A DNA stretch of 64,000 bases from an uncultured Gemmatimonadales bacterium (GTDB lineage: Bacteria; Gemmatimonadota; Gemmatimonadetes; Longimicrobiales; Longimicrobiaceae), in contig OY970303.1 of the NCBI GenBank assembly GCA_963716255.1, positions 2,496,001-2,560,000 on the forward strand, in the 5' to 3' direction. The notes under the pieces were generated by a model that saw only the letters and a list, made by a program, of their open reading frames with translations, made no database searches and was not told the origin of the DNA. The translations under genes were made by a program, and so were the position numbers. Positions 38,923 through 50,954 of the stretch are shown in pieces (positions within the stretch are counted from its first letter, which is position 1; the number at the start of each line of letters is the position of its first letter).

Positions 38923-40208
38923 GCCGCGCGATCCCGCGACCCGTGACGCCCCCCGAGCAACCCACCCGCCCCGCGCTCCTGGCGGGCCTGCGCTCCCAAG
39001 ACTTCGGCGTGGGGGCGCGGGCGCGGCCGCCGCGCATCGGCGCGGAGGTGGAGCTGGTGGCGCTCCTCGCCGGGACGCACGCCCCCGCGCCCCTGGTGGC
39101 GGCGAAGGGCCCGGCCACGCTCCCCCTGCTGCGGCGGCACGCGGCCCGGCACGGGTGGACGGAGAAGTTCTCGGCCTACGGCCCGCCGTGCTTCGTCCTC
39201 CCGGACGGCGGGGTGGTCTCCTACGAGCCGGGCGGGCAGGTGGAACTGAGCGCGGCGCCCTTCGCCTCGGCCAGCGCGCTGCTGGACTCGCTGCGCGGCG
39301 CGGTGCTCCCGCTGGTGGCCGCCGCCCGCGACGAGGGGATCGAGCTGCTCACGGTGGGGATGGACCCGCACAACCCGGCGGAGGCGGTGCCGCTGCAGCT
39401 CTGCGGCCCGCGCTACGGCCGCATGGCGGAGTACCTGGCGGGGATCGGCCCGCACGGCGCCCGGATGATGCGGCAGACGGCGTCGGTGCAGGTGAACCTG
39501 GACTGGGCCGGCGACCCGCTGGACGCCTGGCGGGTCCTCAACGCCGCGGCGCCCTACCTGACCGCGATCTTCGCCAACTCGCCGGTGTACGCCGGCGCTC
39601 CCACCGGGCACCGCAGCACGCGCGCGCACGCCTGGCGCGAGCTGGACCCGGCGCGCACCGGCGCTTTCGCCGGCGGGGGCGACCCTGTGGACGAGTACCT
39701 GGAGTTCGCGCTGCGCGCCCCGGCGATCCTCCTCCCCTGGCCGGAGGGGGAGGCCCGCCCGGCCGGGGAATGGCTGGCGCGCGGGGAGATGGGCGAGGAG
39801 GAGTGGCGGACGCACCTCACCACGTTGTTCCCGGAGGTGCGCCCCAAGGGCTACGCCGAGGTGCGCTCCATCGACATGCTGGACGCGGAGTGGTGGGCCG
39901 CGCCGATCGCGCTGCTCGCCGGGATCGCCTACGACCCGGCGGCCCGGCGCGCCGCCGCGGACCTGCTTGGCGACCCGGAGCCCGGGCTGCTGCGCCGGGC
40001 GGGGCGCGTGGGTCTGGGAGACCCGGAGATCGCCCGCGTCGCCGCCGACCTGTTCGCCGTGGGGCTGGAGGGCGCCGCCGCCCTGGGGACGGACTTCCTG
40101 GCGCCCGCCGACCTGGAAGCGGCGCGCGAGTTCAACGAGCGCTACACCCGCCGCGCCCTCGCCCCCGCCGACGACGCCAGCCCCGCGGCACTCACCCGGC
40201 TCGCTTGA
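38919..40208 (+). CDS. egtA: Glutamate-cysteine ligase (GCS2/EgtA-like)
   Basis: IGAEVE, SYEPGGQVELS, MMRQTASVQVNLD, FANSP, HLTTLFPEVRPKGYAEVR..D; GTGA overlap with egtD. Confidence 0.85.
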   Translation: MSRAIPRPVTPPEQPTRPALLAGLRSQDFGVGARARPPRIGAEVELVALLAGTHAPAPLVAAKGPATLPLLRRHAARHGWTEKFSAYGPPCFVLPDGGVVSYEPGGQVELSAAPFASASALLDSLRGAVLPLVAAARDEGIELLTVGMDPHNPAEAVPLQLCGPRYGRMAEYLAGIGPHGARMMRQTASVQVNLDWAGDPLDAWRVLNAAAPYLTAIFANSPVYAGAPTGHRSTRAHAWRELDPARTGAFAGGGDPVDEYLEFALRAPAILLPWPEGEARPAGEWLARGEMGEEEWRTHLTTLFPEVRPKGYAEVRSIDMLDAEWWAAPIALLAGIAYDPAARRAAADLLGDPEPGLLRRAGRVGLGDPEIARVAADLFAVGLEGAAALGTDFLAPADLEAAREFNERYTRRALAPADDASPAALTRLA

Positions 40209-40806
40209 GGCTCGCCTCCCGGGTCCTTGATCCGGTTCACGCGAAGCGTGAAGCGTGAAGCGCCATCCAGGGAGAGGGGGCCGACGGCGATCGGCGCAAG
40301 CCGAAAGGCCGGGGGACGACTCTCGTTCCCCGGCCTTCGTCGTTCCACACGGCGTGCGGCGCGCGCGGCGCTCCGCTCGTCACGGGACGCCGCGCTTCGT
40401 CCCCGCGAGGTTGCCCGTCCGCTCCTCTCCCGGCATCCATCCCCCTCCGCCGGCCCCCGTCGCTCCCGACCCTCGACCCCGTCCACGCCATGTCGTCTCC
40501 CGCGCTGCGCGTCCGTTGCCTGTGGGCCGTGCCTGCCCTGCTGCTCGCCGTCCTCGCCTGCGCGTGCGCGGCGGCGGGAAGGGGTGCGCGAGAGTCCGGC
40601 GGGTGGAGCGCGGTGGTGAAGCGGTACGTGGAGCGGTGACGCGGACACGTCCCGTCCCTCCCCGGCTCGCCTCGTCCTCCCCTGGCGCGGCCCGCGCCCG
40701 GCGAGTTGCTCCCCCGGGGCGGATCGCGTAGCGTTCACGGGATCACGGCCGCGCCGCCCCCGGCTCCGCGCGGCCACGGACGGACCCAGACGCCCCACTC
40801 CGCCGG

Positions 40807-42378
40807 ATGACCGGATCGCCTCCTCTTCGCATCCTTTCCGCTTCCGCACTTCTCCCCCTCGCCCTTGCAATCCTACCCGGCTGCGCGGCCGGCCGCCCCG
40901 CCACGGAGGCCGTTCCGGCGGCGCAGGGGAGCGGCGAACGGATCGCGGCCATCGAGAGCCGGGTACGCGCGCGCATGGAGGAGCTGCGCGCCGCCGGGAG
41001 CTTTCCCGGCGCCACGGTGGGCTTCGTGCTGCCGGACGGGAGCGCGGGCGAGGTGGCGGTAGGGATGGCGGACGTGGAGGCGGAGACACCCATGCGGCCG
41101 GGCGACCGCATGCTGGCGGGGAGCATCGGCAAGACGTTCGCGGCGGCGCTGGCGATGCAGCTGGCCGCGGAGGGGCGGCTGGAGCTGGACGCGCCGGTGT
41201 CGCGCTGGCTGGGCGGCGAGCCCTGGTTCGCGCGCGTCCCCAACGCTGGCGGCATCACGGTCCGCATGCTCCTGAACCACACCTCGGGAATCGAGGAGCA
41301 CGTGGAGAACGCCGCGTTCCAGGCGGCGATCCGCGCCGATCCGGACCACGTCTGGGAGCCGGCGGAGCTCGTGGCGTACGTCCTCGGCCGCCCGGCCCTC
41401 TTTCCGGCCGGCGGGGGGTGGAGCTACGCGGACACCAACTACATCCTGCTGGGGATGGTGCTGGAGCGGATCACCGGGACCCCCTTCTACGCGGAGGCGG
41501 ACCGCCGCTTCGTGAAGCCGCTGGGCCTCTCCGCCACCGTCCCCTCCAACCGGCGCGTGCTCCCCGGGCTGGTGCCGGGCTACATCGTGCCGGAGTTCAA
41601 CCCCTTCGGCTTCGCGGCGAAGACGCTGGAGGGCGGGCGCTTCGTGGTGAACCCGCAGTTCGAGTGGACGGGCGGCGGCTACGCCTCCACCCCGCGAGAC
41701 CTGGCCCGCTGGGCCCGTGCCCTGTACACGGGGAGCGCCTTCCCCGCGGCGTGGGTGGACACCATGCTGGTCTCCGTGCCCGCGGCCACGGGGCCGGGCG
41801 ACCGCTACGGGCTGGGCGTGCAGGTGAAGCAGACCCCGCTGGGCGTATCCTACGGGCACAGCGGCTGGTTCCCCGGATACCTCTCGGAGATGATGTACTT
41901 TCCCGCCCACGGGATCGCCGTGGCCGTGCAGGTCAACACCGACCACGGGCGGCGCCTGGGCCGGCCTCTGCCGGGCCTGGTCGGCGAGGTGGCGGCGGTG
42001 GTCGCCGCGGCCGTGCACCCGGAGCGTGCGTGCGCGCCGCCCCCGGCGCGGGTGGAGGCGCACTGCTTCGCGGAAGCGGGCGCCGTTCATGGCCGGCGCG
42101 CTGGTGGACACGCTGCGCCGCGAGGGTTATTACGAGGTGGACTCCACGACGTTCGCGGCGTGGCGCCGGCGGCGGGGCCGCGCCTCCCGGTGCTGCTGCT
42201 CTCGCACGGCTTCGGCGTGTCGCGCTCCAGCTACACGGCGCTCGCGGAGGAGCTCGCGAGCCACGGCTACGCGGTCGCCGCCGTGGACCACACCTACGGC
42301 GGCATCCTGGGCGGCGGCGGCGGTGGGCTTCTCGACGCGCCCTCGGCCCGCTACCCTGGAGTGGTCTTCGTGAAGTAG
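40807..42378 (+). CDS. Serine hydrolase (beta-lactamase/AmpC-like) lipoprotein with an appended alpha/beta-hydrolase fragment
   Basis: LPGC lipobox, SIGK, LLNHTSG, YADTNY, GHSGWFPG; tail PVLLLSHGFG...LASHGYAVAAVDH. Confidence 0.85.
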   Translation: MTGSPPLRILSASALLPLALAILPGCAAGRPATEAVPAAQGSGERIAAIESRVRARMEELRAAGSFPGATVGFVLPDGSAGEVAVGMADVEAETPMRPGDRMLAGSIGKTFAAALAMQLAAEGRLELDAPVSRWLGGEPWFARVPNAGGITVRMLLNHTSGIEEHVENAAFQAAIRADPDHVWEPAELVAYVLGRPALFPAGGGWSYADTNYILLGMVLERITGTPFYAEADRRFVKPLGLSATVPSNRRVLPGLVPGYIVPEFNPFGFAAKTLEGGRFVVNPQFEWTGGGYASTPRDLARWARALYTGSAFPAAWVDTMLVSVPAATGPGDRYGLGVQVKQTPLGVSYGHSGWFPGYLSEMMYFPAHGIAVAVQVNTDHGRRLGRPLPGLVGEVAAVVAAAVHPERACAPPPARVEAHCFAEAGAVHGRRAGGHAAPRGLLRGGLHDVRGVAPAAGPRLPVLLLSHGFGVSRSSYTALAEELASHGYAVAAVDHTYGGILGGGGGGLLDAPSARYPGVVFVK

Positions 42379-42434
42379 CCCGGCGCCGGCCCCCGGCCGG
42401 CCGCACCCCTCTCCACCTCCCGACGGAGCACCGA

Positions 42435-42878
42435 ATGACCCGACTTCCCGCCGTCCTCCTCGCCCTGGCGCTCGCCGCCTGCGGCAGCGCCATGGCCGGC
42501 GCCCCCGGCCCCGCGTCCGACCCCACGGCGGAGATCCTGGCTCTCCAGGACTCCACCGCCCGGGCCTGGAACCACGCCAACCTGGACGGCCACGTGGCGC
42601 CCTACGCCGACACGGCCACCTTCATGGCACGCGGCCCGGTGCGCGGCCGCGACCGCATCCGCGCGTCGCTGGAGCGCAGCTTCTGGCGCGAGGGAAGGCC
42701 GCTCCAGCAGCTCCGCTACGACAGCCTGACGGTGCGCCCCATGGGCCCGGGCCACGCCCTGGTGACCGGCAAGTTCACCCTGTACGGCGGCGGCCGCGAC
42801 GACCGCAGCGGCTGGTTCTCGCTGCTGTACGCCCGCACCGCCGAGGGCTGGAAGATCCTGCACGACCACTCGTCGTAG
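42435..42878 (+). CDS. NTF2-like/DUF4440 lipoprotein
   Basis: LAAC lipobox, AWN..NLDG, GWKILHDHSS. Confidence 0.85.
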   Translation: MTRLPAVLLALALAACGSAMAGAPGPASDPTAEILALQDSTARAWNHANLDGHVAPYADTATFMARGPVRGRDRIRASLERSFWREGRPLQQLRYDSLTVRPMGPGHALVTGKFTLYGGGRDDRSGWFSLLYARTAEGWKILHDHSS

Positions 42879-43034
42879 AAGCCGCCCACACCCGCACCAA
42901 CGCGAGCGGCGCCCCCCGTGGGGGCGCCGCTCGCGCATGGAGCCGGATCGGGGAAGAGGCCGTGAGGGACCGGCGGAGCGCGAGGACCCGGAACGCCCGC
43001 CGACGACCTCCCCCCGACGTGAACGGCCCGGCGG

Positions 43035-43088
43035 CCCTCACCCGGCTCGCTTGAGGCTCGCCACCCTCTCCCAATTCCGGGAGAGGGG
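43035..43088 (+). repeat. REP-like repeat, family B
   Basis: CCCTCACCCGGCTCGCTTGAGGCTCGCCACCCTCTCCCAATTCCGGGAGAGGG. Confidence 0.75.
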
Positions 43089-43122
43089 GCAACGGCTGGA
43101 GATCGCGGCTACATCTGAACTT

Positions 43123-43251
43123 GCGTGAGGGATTTCGGCCCGAAGGGGCGAGACCCCGCGGCAGTTTGCGGGGGCTCGACTCCGTTGCACACGGTAGTTT
43201 CGTGTGCTGCGGAGCCGAAGCCCGACCCCGGCGCCAGCCGGGGGCACGCCC
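43123..43251 (+). repeat. Family A repeat, copy 6
   Basis: Matches consensus. Confidence 0.95.
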
Positions 43252-43294
43252 AACCCTGCCGTAAAAAGCCGTTGCCGTAAATCGTTGTCCTACC

Positions 43295-43957
43295 TCACTG
43301 GACGGTAATCACGCCCACCATGCCGGAGGTGAAGCTGGTCGAGTGCGGCCGGCACCGGAACCGGTACGTGCCCGGCGTGGCGAACGTGACGGAGAAGTTG
43401 TCGGCGGCACTGCCCAGGTCGTGCTCCACCCAGCTCCCGGACGGGGTCTCCGGGGTGACCGTGTGGCCCACGCCGGTGCCGTACTCGAAGCGGACCGTCC
43501 CCCCGGCGGGGATGGCGACGCTGCCGTTGGTGAAGGAAGCGTCGGCGGTCCGCACGGTCGCGGTCGCCCCGCCGCCCACCGTCTGCACGGACCAGCTCAC
43601 CGTGGCCGTGCCGCCGGCCGTGACGGTGGCGCTCTTCGCGGCCGTCTCGCTCCCCAGGCCGAAGCCCGCGGGGAGCTGCGACAGGGTGACGGTGTAGGCG
43701 CCCGGCTGGAGGTTGTCGAAGCGGACCTGGCCGTTGCTGCCCGTGGCGGCCGTCGCGCCGCCCGTGATCGCCACCTGGGCACCCTGCACGGTGGTCGCTC
43801 CGGCCCCCACCTGCGCCACCACCGAGCCGGTGGTGGGGCCGGGGCCGGGGCCCGTGCCGCCGTCGGCGCCGCCGCCCGCGCAGGCGGCGGCCAGGCCGGA
43901 TCCCAGCGCGACCGCCGCGGCGGCGGCGAAAAGGACTCGAACTCGTGAAGCGCTCAT
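43295..43957 (-). CDS. Lipoprotein with carboxypeptidase-regulatory-like domain and plastocyanin-like cupredoxin
   Basis: AAAC lipobox; type-1 Cu ligands GHTV...FATPGTYRFRCRPH...GM. Confidence 0.87.
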   Translation of the reverse strand: MSASRVRVLFAAAAAVALGSGLAAACAGGGADGGTGPGPGPTTGSVVAQVGAGATTVQGAQVAITGGATAATGSNGQVRFDNLQPGAYTVTLSQLPAGFGLGSETAAKSATVTAGGTATVSWSVQTVGGGATATVRTADASFTNGSVAIPAGGTVRFEYGTGVGHTVTPETPSGSWVEHDLGSAADNFSVTFATPGTYRFRCRPHSTSFTSGMVGVITVQ

Positions 43958-44011
43958 GCAACACCTCGGGAACGGGACAGGAATGTGGAGGCGAATCCGT
44001 ACCCGGGAAGG

Positions 44012-44026
44012 GCAAGCCGCGATCCC
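44012..44026 (-). promoter_or_regulatory. Candidate sigma54 promoter of the cupredoxin gene
   Basis: Minus strand GGGATCG-CGGC-TTGC (GG-N10-GC), about 90 bp downstream of the palindromic site. Confidence 0.4.
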
Positions 44027-44112
44027 GCCCCGCGCGGGCCGGTCCGGCGGGCGCAGGGTGTTGCGGTGACCGCGTTTGAATGGTAAACAGGCGGCGGAGA
44101 CGGGGACCGCGC

Positions 44113-44133
44113 CGTGTAGCGTTTCGGAACACG
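44113..44133. promoter_or_regulatory. Palindromic operator/enhancer, copy 1
   Basis: CGTGTAGCGTTTCGGAACACG, 19/21 identical to 47325-47345. Confidence 0.65.
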
Positions 44134-44159
44134 CTGCCGGCCGGCGGGACAGCGCGGCT

Positions 44160-45158
44160 TCAGGCGGAGGGGGCGAGGCCGTCGAGGAGGGCGAGGACGG
44201 CGGCGGCCTCGGCGGCGGCACCCAGCCCGTGGAACTGGAGGGCGGAGTCGCCGAGCGCTTCGCGGGCGGCGGCGGTGTCGCCCCGGTCGCGGAGGAGGAG
44301 GCCACGGTCGCGCTGCACCTCGGCCCGCAGAAGGGCGTCGGAGTGGGCGCGGGCGGCCTCGAACGCCTCGTCCAGGAGCGCCGCGGCCGCGTCGTCGTCC
44401 GCGGAGGCGCGGGCGGCGAGCGCGAGCACGCGGAGGGTCTCGGCGCGCCCCACGGGGTCTCCGATGCGCTCGAAGCGGCCCCGCGCGCGCAGCGCCAGGG
44501 TGCGGGCCAGCGCCCCGTCGCCGCCGCGGGCGCGCAGCACGGCGCGCTCCGTCTCGGCGATGGCCACCACGTCCTCGCTGTCGGAGGCCGCGGCCAGCTC
44601 GATGGCGCGCAGGTAGTGGGCGTCGGCCTCGCGGTCGAAGCCCAGGTCGCGGTACGAGATCCCCAGGTTGTGGTGCGTCTGGGCCAGGCCGCGCGTGTAC
44701 CCCAGCCGCTGGTACGAGGCCACGGCACGGCCGTACCAGGCCAGCGCGCGGTCGCGCTCGCCGCGGATGTTGGCGAGCATCCCCAGGTTGTTGCAGGCGC
44801 GCCCGGCGAACTCCTCGTCGCCGCCGTCGGAGGACAGCTCCAGCAGTTCCTCGAAGCGTCCGCCCGCGGCGTCGTTGCGCCCCAGCTCGAAGAGGCAGAT
44901 CCCCACCAGGTTCACCAGGTTCACCAGCAGGCGGCGGTCGCCTCGCTGGCGCACGGGGGTTTCCAGCCCCTCGGCGACCTGCAGCGCCTCGGGCGTGCGG
45001 CCCACCCGGCGGAGAGCGTCGGCGTGGTGAAAGGACACCTCCGGCTCCTCGGGAACGGGGGAGGCGGACACGCGCTCCACGATCCGCTGCCACTCGCGCC
45101 GGGACGCGAGGGAGCGGACCTCCTCCAGGGAAGGAACGGGAGCGGTGGGAAGGGACAC
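44160..45158 (-). CDS. Tetratricopeptide repeat protein (MalT/Rap-like TPRs)
   Basis: Repeats NLVGIC, ACNNLGML, THHNLGISY. Confidence 0.85.
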   Translation of the reverse strand: MSLPTAPVPSLEEVRSLASRREWQRIVERVSASPVPEEPEVSFHHADALRRVGRTPEALQVAEGLETPVRQRGDRRLLVNLVNLVGICLFELGRNDAAGGRFEELLELSSDGGDEEFAGRACNNLGMLANIRGERDRALAWYGRAVASYQRLGYTRGLAQTHHNLGISYRDLGFDREADAHYLRAIELAAASDSEDVVAIAETERAVLRARGGDGALARTLALRARGRFERIGDPVGRAETLRVLALAARASADDDAAAALLDEAFEAARAHSDALLRAEVQRDRGLLLRDRGDTAAAREALGDSALQFHGLGAAAEAAAVLALLDGLAPSA

Positions 45159-45159
45159 G

Positions 45160-45816
45160 TCAGTCGTCCGCGCGCCTGGCCGCGCCGCGGTTGCTGGCGA
45201 CGGCGTAGCGGGTGAAGCCGGGGATGGACGTGCTCAGCTCGTGGAGCTCGTCGTCGCGCCGCGTGGCCATGCGCTCCCACGGCTGCCCCACGGATTCCTG
45301 CCGCCACAGCTGCAGGTTCTCCTCGATGCTCTCGTCGGTCTTGTCGCGCCGACCGTCGCCGTCGTAGTCCTGGTCCGCCCACCAGAACGAGACGCGCAGC
45401 CGCGCCGGGTTGGACGGGTTGAAGCGGAGCCCCGCCGGCGCGAACTCGAAGCGGAAGGCCTCCGGGTCCACCGCGCGCACGGTGACCAGCACCGAGTCGC
45501 CCGGCTGCACGGCGCGGCCGTCCGGGTGCCGCAGCAGCGACCCCGCCGGCACCACGAACTCCATGCACAGCTGGTACTTGCCGGGCTTGATCCCCACGTA
45601 TTTGAAGGCGACGCTGCGGGTCTGCCCGGGCTTTGCCCAGAAGGACCCCTCCACGATGTCCAGCGGCGGCGCGTCCGGGTCGGCGCGGGCGAAGAACAGC
45701 TGGTCCTCGGCGAGCCGGTCGCCCACCGCCCCCTCGGGAAGCAGGTCCTCGCACCCCGCGAGCACGGGGGCGGCGAGGAGGGCGAGGAGAAGCGTCAGTC
45801 TACGGGTCGATCGCAT
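45160..45816 (-). CDS. Hypothetical lipoprotein
   Basis: LAGC lipobox; FEFAPAGLRF..PARL and GFTRYAVA beta-sandwich-like segments. Confidence 0.75.
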   Translation of the reverse strand: MRSTRRLTLLLALLAAPVLAGCEDLLPEGAVGDRLAEDQLFFARADPDAPPLDIVEGSFWAKPGQTRSVAFKYVGIKPGKYQLCMEFVVPAGSLLRHPDGRAVQPGDSVLVTVRAVDPEAFRFEFAPAGLRFNPSNPARLRVSFWWADQDYDGDGRRDKTDESIEENLQLWRQESVGQPWERMATRRDDELHELSTSIPGFTRYAVASNRGAARRADD

Positions 45817-45950
45817 GGCTGGCTCGGGCCTGGTGAAGTGGTGCGTGCCGGGTCTTCGCCGCGCCGTTGGGGCAAGCGCCGCGCCCGGTGTTTCCCCGCG
45901 CCGCGCCTGGGTTTCCGGGCCGGGCGCTGTCCCGGTCCGCGACGGATGTA

Positions 45951-47285
45951 TCATTCCGGGACACCCTCCTCGCCCAGCAGCCGGTACAGCCGCGAGCGGG
46001 AGATGCGCAGCGCCTCGGCGGCGGCGCTCTTGTTCCCGGCCATCTGCTCGGTCATGGCCACGGCCGCGGCGCGCTCGATCTCCTCCATGGGAGCCGGGAA
46101 GGGGATGGGCCCGTTCCGCGCCGCGGGGGCCGGCCGGGCCCGGGGGAACAGGTCCGCCGGGTCGATGTGCCCGTCGCCCAGCAGCAGGGCGCGCTCCACG
46201 CCGTTGCGCAGCTCGCGCACGTTCCCCGGCCAGGCGTGCGCCAGCAGGGCCCGCCGCAGCGGCGGGTCGATGGCCGGGACGGGGAGGTCGTACTGGACGG
46301 CCAGCGTCCGCAGGAAGTGCTCCGCGAGGAGCACCACGTCCTCGCCGCGCTCGCGCAGCGGCGGGAGGTGGATGGGGACCACGCTCAGCCGGTAGTACAG
46401 GTCCTCGCGGAAGTCGCCGCGCGCCACGGCGGCCTCCAGGTCCACGTGGGTGGCGGCGACGATGCGGACGTCCACCTCGCGCGGGCGCACGGCGCCCAGC
46501 CGGCGCACCTGCTTCTCGTCCAGCACCTTGAGGATCTTGCCCTGGAGCGCCAGCGGCAGGTCGCCGATCTCGTCCAGGAAGAGGGTGCCGCCGTGCGCCG
46601 CCTCGAAGAGCCCGGGCTTTGCGGTGCGCGCGTCCGTGAACGCCCCGCGCTCGTGCCCGAACAGCTCGGACTCCAGCAGCCCGGCGGGGATTGCGGTGCA
46701 GTTGATCTCCACGAACGGCTGCGCCGCGCGGGGACCGTTGTAGTGGATGGCCTGGGCCAGCAGCTCCTTGCCCGTGCCGGTCTCGCCGGTGAGCAGCACC
46801 GTGGCGCGGTCGCGCGGGATGATGCGCGACGCCCGGTCCAGCGCCGCGCGCAGCTGCGGGCTCTCGCCCACCACGCGGCGGAAGTCGAAGGTGGCGCGCT
46901 CGGCGGCGGCGTGGCGCCCCCCCGCCGCGCGGGAGTCGCGCCGCCGCGCCCGCTCGGCCAGCTCGGCGCGCAGGTCGTCCAGGTCGCCGGGGAGGGCGAA
47001 GTAGTCCGCGGCGCCGGAGCGCACCAGCGCCGCCGCCAGCCGGTGGTCCGCCCGCGCCCCCACCACCAGCGCCGGCGGCGCCCCGGCCGCCGCGAGCGCG
47101 CGCAGCGCCGGCTCGGCCTCCTCCTCCACCCCCGCCACGCACAGCACCACCGCCAGCGCGTCCGGGGCGGACCCGGCGTCCTCCGCCTGCGGGGCCACGC
47201 GCGGCTCCGCCCCGGCGTCCGCGGCCAGCCGGGGCCACAGCGACGAGAAGGAATCGGAGGGTGCGACGACGTACAGGATGCTCAA
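45951..47285 (-). CDS. Sigma54-dependent Fis-family activator with degenerate receiver domain
   Basis: GETGTGKE, ESELFGHERGAFTDA, FLDEIGD, WPGNVREL, C-terminal HTH; TTG start inferred. Confidence 0.92.
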   Translation of the reverse strand: MSILYVVAPSDSFSSLWPRLAADAGAEPRVAPQAEDAGSAPDALAVVLCVAGVEEEAEPALRALAAAGAPPALVVGARADHRLAAALVRSGAADYFALPGDLDDLRAELAERARRRDSRAAGGRHAAAERATFDFRRVVGESPQLRAALDRASRIIPRDRATVLLTGETGTGKELLAQAIHYNGPRAAQPFVEINCTAIPAGLLESELFGHERGAFTDARTAKPGLFEAAHGGTLFLDEIGDLPLALQGKILKVLDEKQVRRLGAVRPREVDVRIVAATHVDLEAAVARGDFREDLYYRLSVVPIHLPPLRERGEDVVLLAEHFLRTLAVQYDLPVPAIDPPLRRALLAHAWPGNVRELRNGVERALLLGDGHIDPADLFPRARPAPAARNGPIPFPAPMEEIERAAAVAMTEQMAGNKSAAAEALRISRSRLYRLLGEEGVPE

Positions 47286-47324
47286 GCGTGGGGCGGCGCG
47301 CGACGGGACGGGAGGGAGGCGAAA

Positions 47325-47345
47325 CGTGTAGCGTTTCGCTACACG
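47325..47345. promoter_or_regulatory. Palindromic operator/enhancer, copy 2
   Basis: CGTGTAGCG-TTT-CGCTACACG perfect inverted repeat, 40 bp upstream of the activator start. Confidence 0.7.
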
Positions 47346-47475
47346 ATAGCGGCCCGAGGAAGGGAACGGAAGTGCGGAAGCACGGACCGGCGACAGCGAC
47401 CCCCTCCCCCGGCCCCTCCCCGCAAGGGGGAGGGGAGAACGACACGACAACGGCGAGGATTGCAGCGTGGAGATG

Positions 47476-47528
47476 CCCCCTCCCCCGGAACGGGGGAGGG
47501 TGGCGAGCCTCAAGCGAGCCGGGTGGGG
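47476..47528 (-). repeat. REP-like repeat, family B
   Basis: Reverse complement of the 43035 motif. Confidence 0.75.
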
Positions 47529-47554
47529 CCCCCGCGGACGCCAGCGCGAAACCC

Positions 47555-47683
47555 GCGTGAGGGATTTCGGCCCGAAGGGGCGAGACCGCGCGGCTGTTTG
47601 CGCGGGCTCGACTCCGTTGGGCAGCGTTGTTTGCTGCCCTACGGAGCCGAAGCCCGACCCCGGCGCCCGCCGGGGGCACGCCC
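47555..47683 (+). repeat. Family A repeat, copy 7
   Basis: Matches consensus. Confidence 0.95.
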
Positions 47684-47927
47684 GAACCCTCAGTTCCCGA
47701 AACCGCATCACCCTGCCACCCGTAAGGCACTTCGTCTCGCACCGCGCGGAATCCACCCGCACCCGCCACGCACCGCTCGTCCCCGGCGCGTTGTGGACAC
47801 CGGCGGGAAGCGGCTCAATTCACCTTGCCGGCGCGCGCTGCGTCTTCCAACCATCCGGCACACGCCGGTGTCCAACGGGGTGCCCGCGCCAGGCCCCACT
47901 CCAACCCGTCCGTCCCACGAGGTCCCG

Positions 47928-50636
<2,709 letters not shown>

Positions 50637-50656
50637 ACAGCTTTGACAGCGGGTTC

Positions 50657-50785
50657 GGGCGTGCCCCCGGCTGGCGCCGGGGTCGGGCTTCGGCTCCGTA
50701 AGCCCGCAAACAACGCGGGCTAACGGAGTCGAGCCCCGCGAAACTGCCCGCGGGTCTCGCCCCTTCGGGCCGGAATCCCTCACGC
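50657..50785 (-). repeat. Family A repeat, copy 8
   Basis: Nearly identical to copy 2. Confidence 0.95.
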
Positions 50786-50954
50786 AGCTTCCTGCGGCGC
50801 CCCAGACGGGATCTTCCGTCGGGGGCGCTGCCGCTCTGCGCTTTCGCCGGTCCGGATCTCGCGCGGGCGGTGGGGAAGCCAGACCCTTGTTGGGCGGTGC
50901 GCGGCGCACGACTATGTACGATCGGGTGTCTCACCGACAACACGGGAGGGTACG

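Noticed and set aside
40209..40806. Short ORFs or an ncRNA in the gap after egtA
   Set aside because: Only GC-rich hairpins and Arg/Pro-rich ORFs; no recognisable motif
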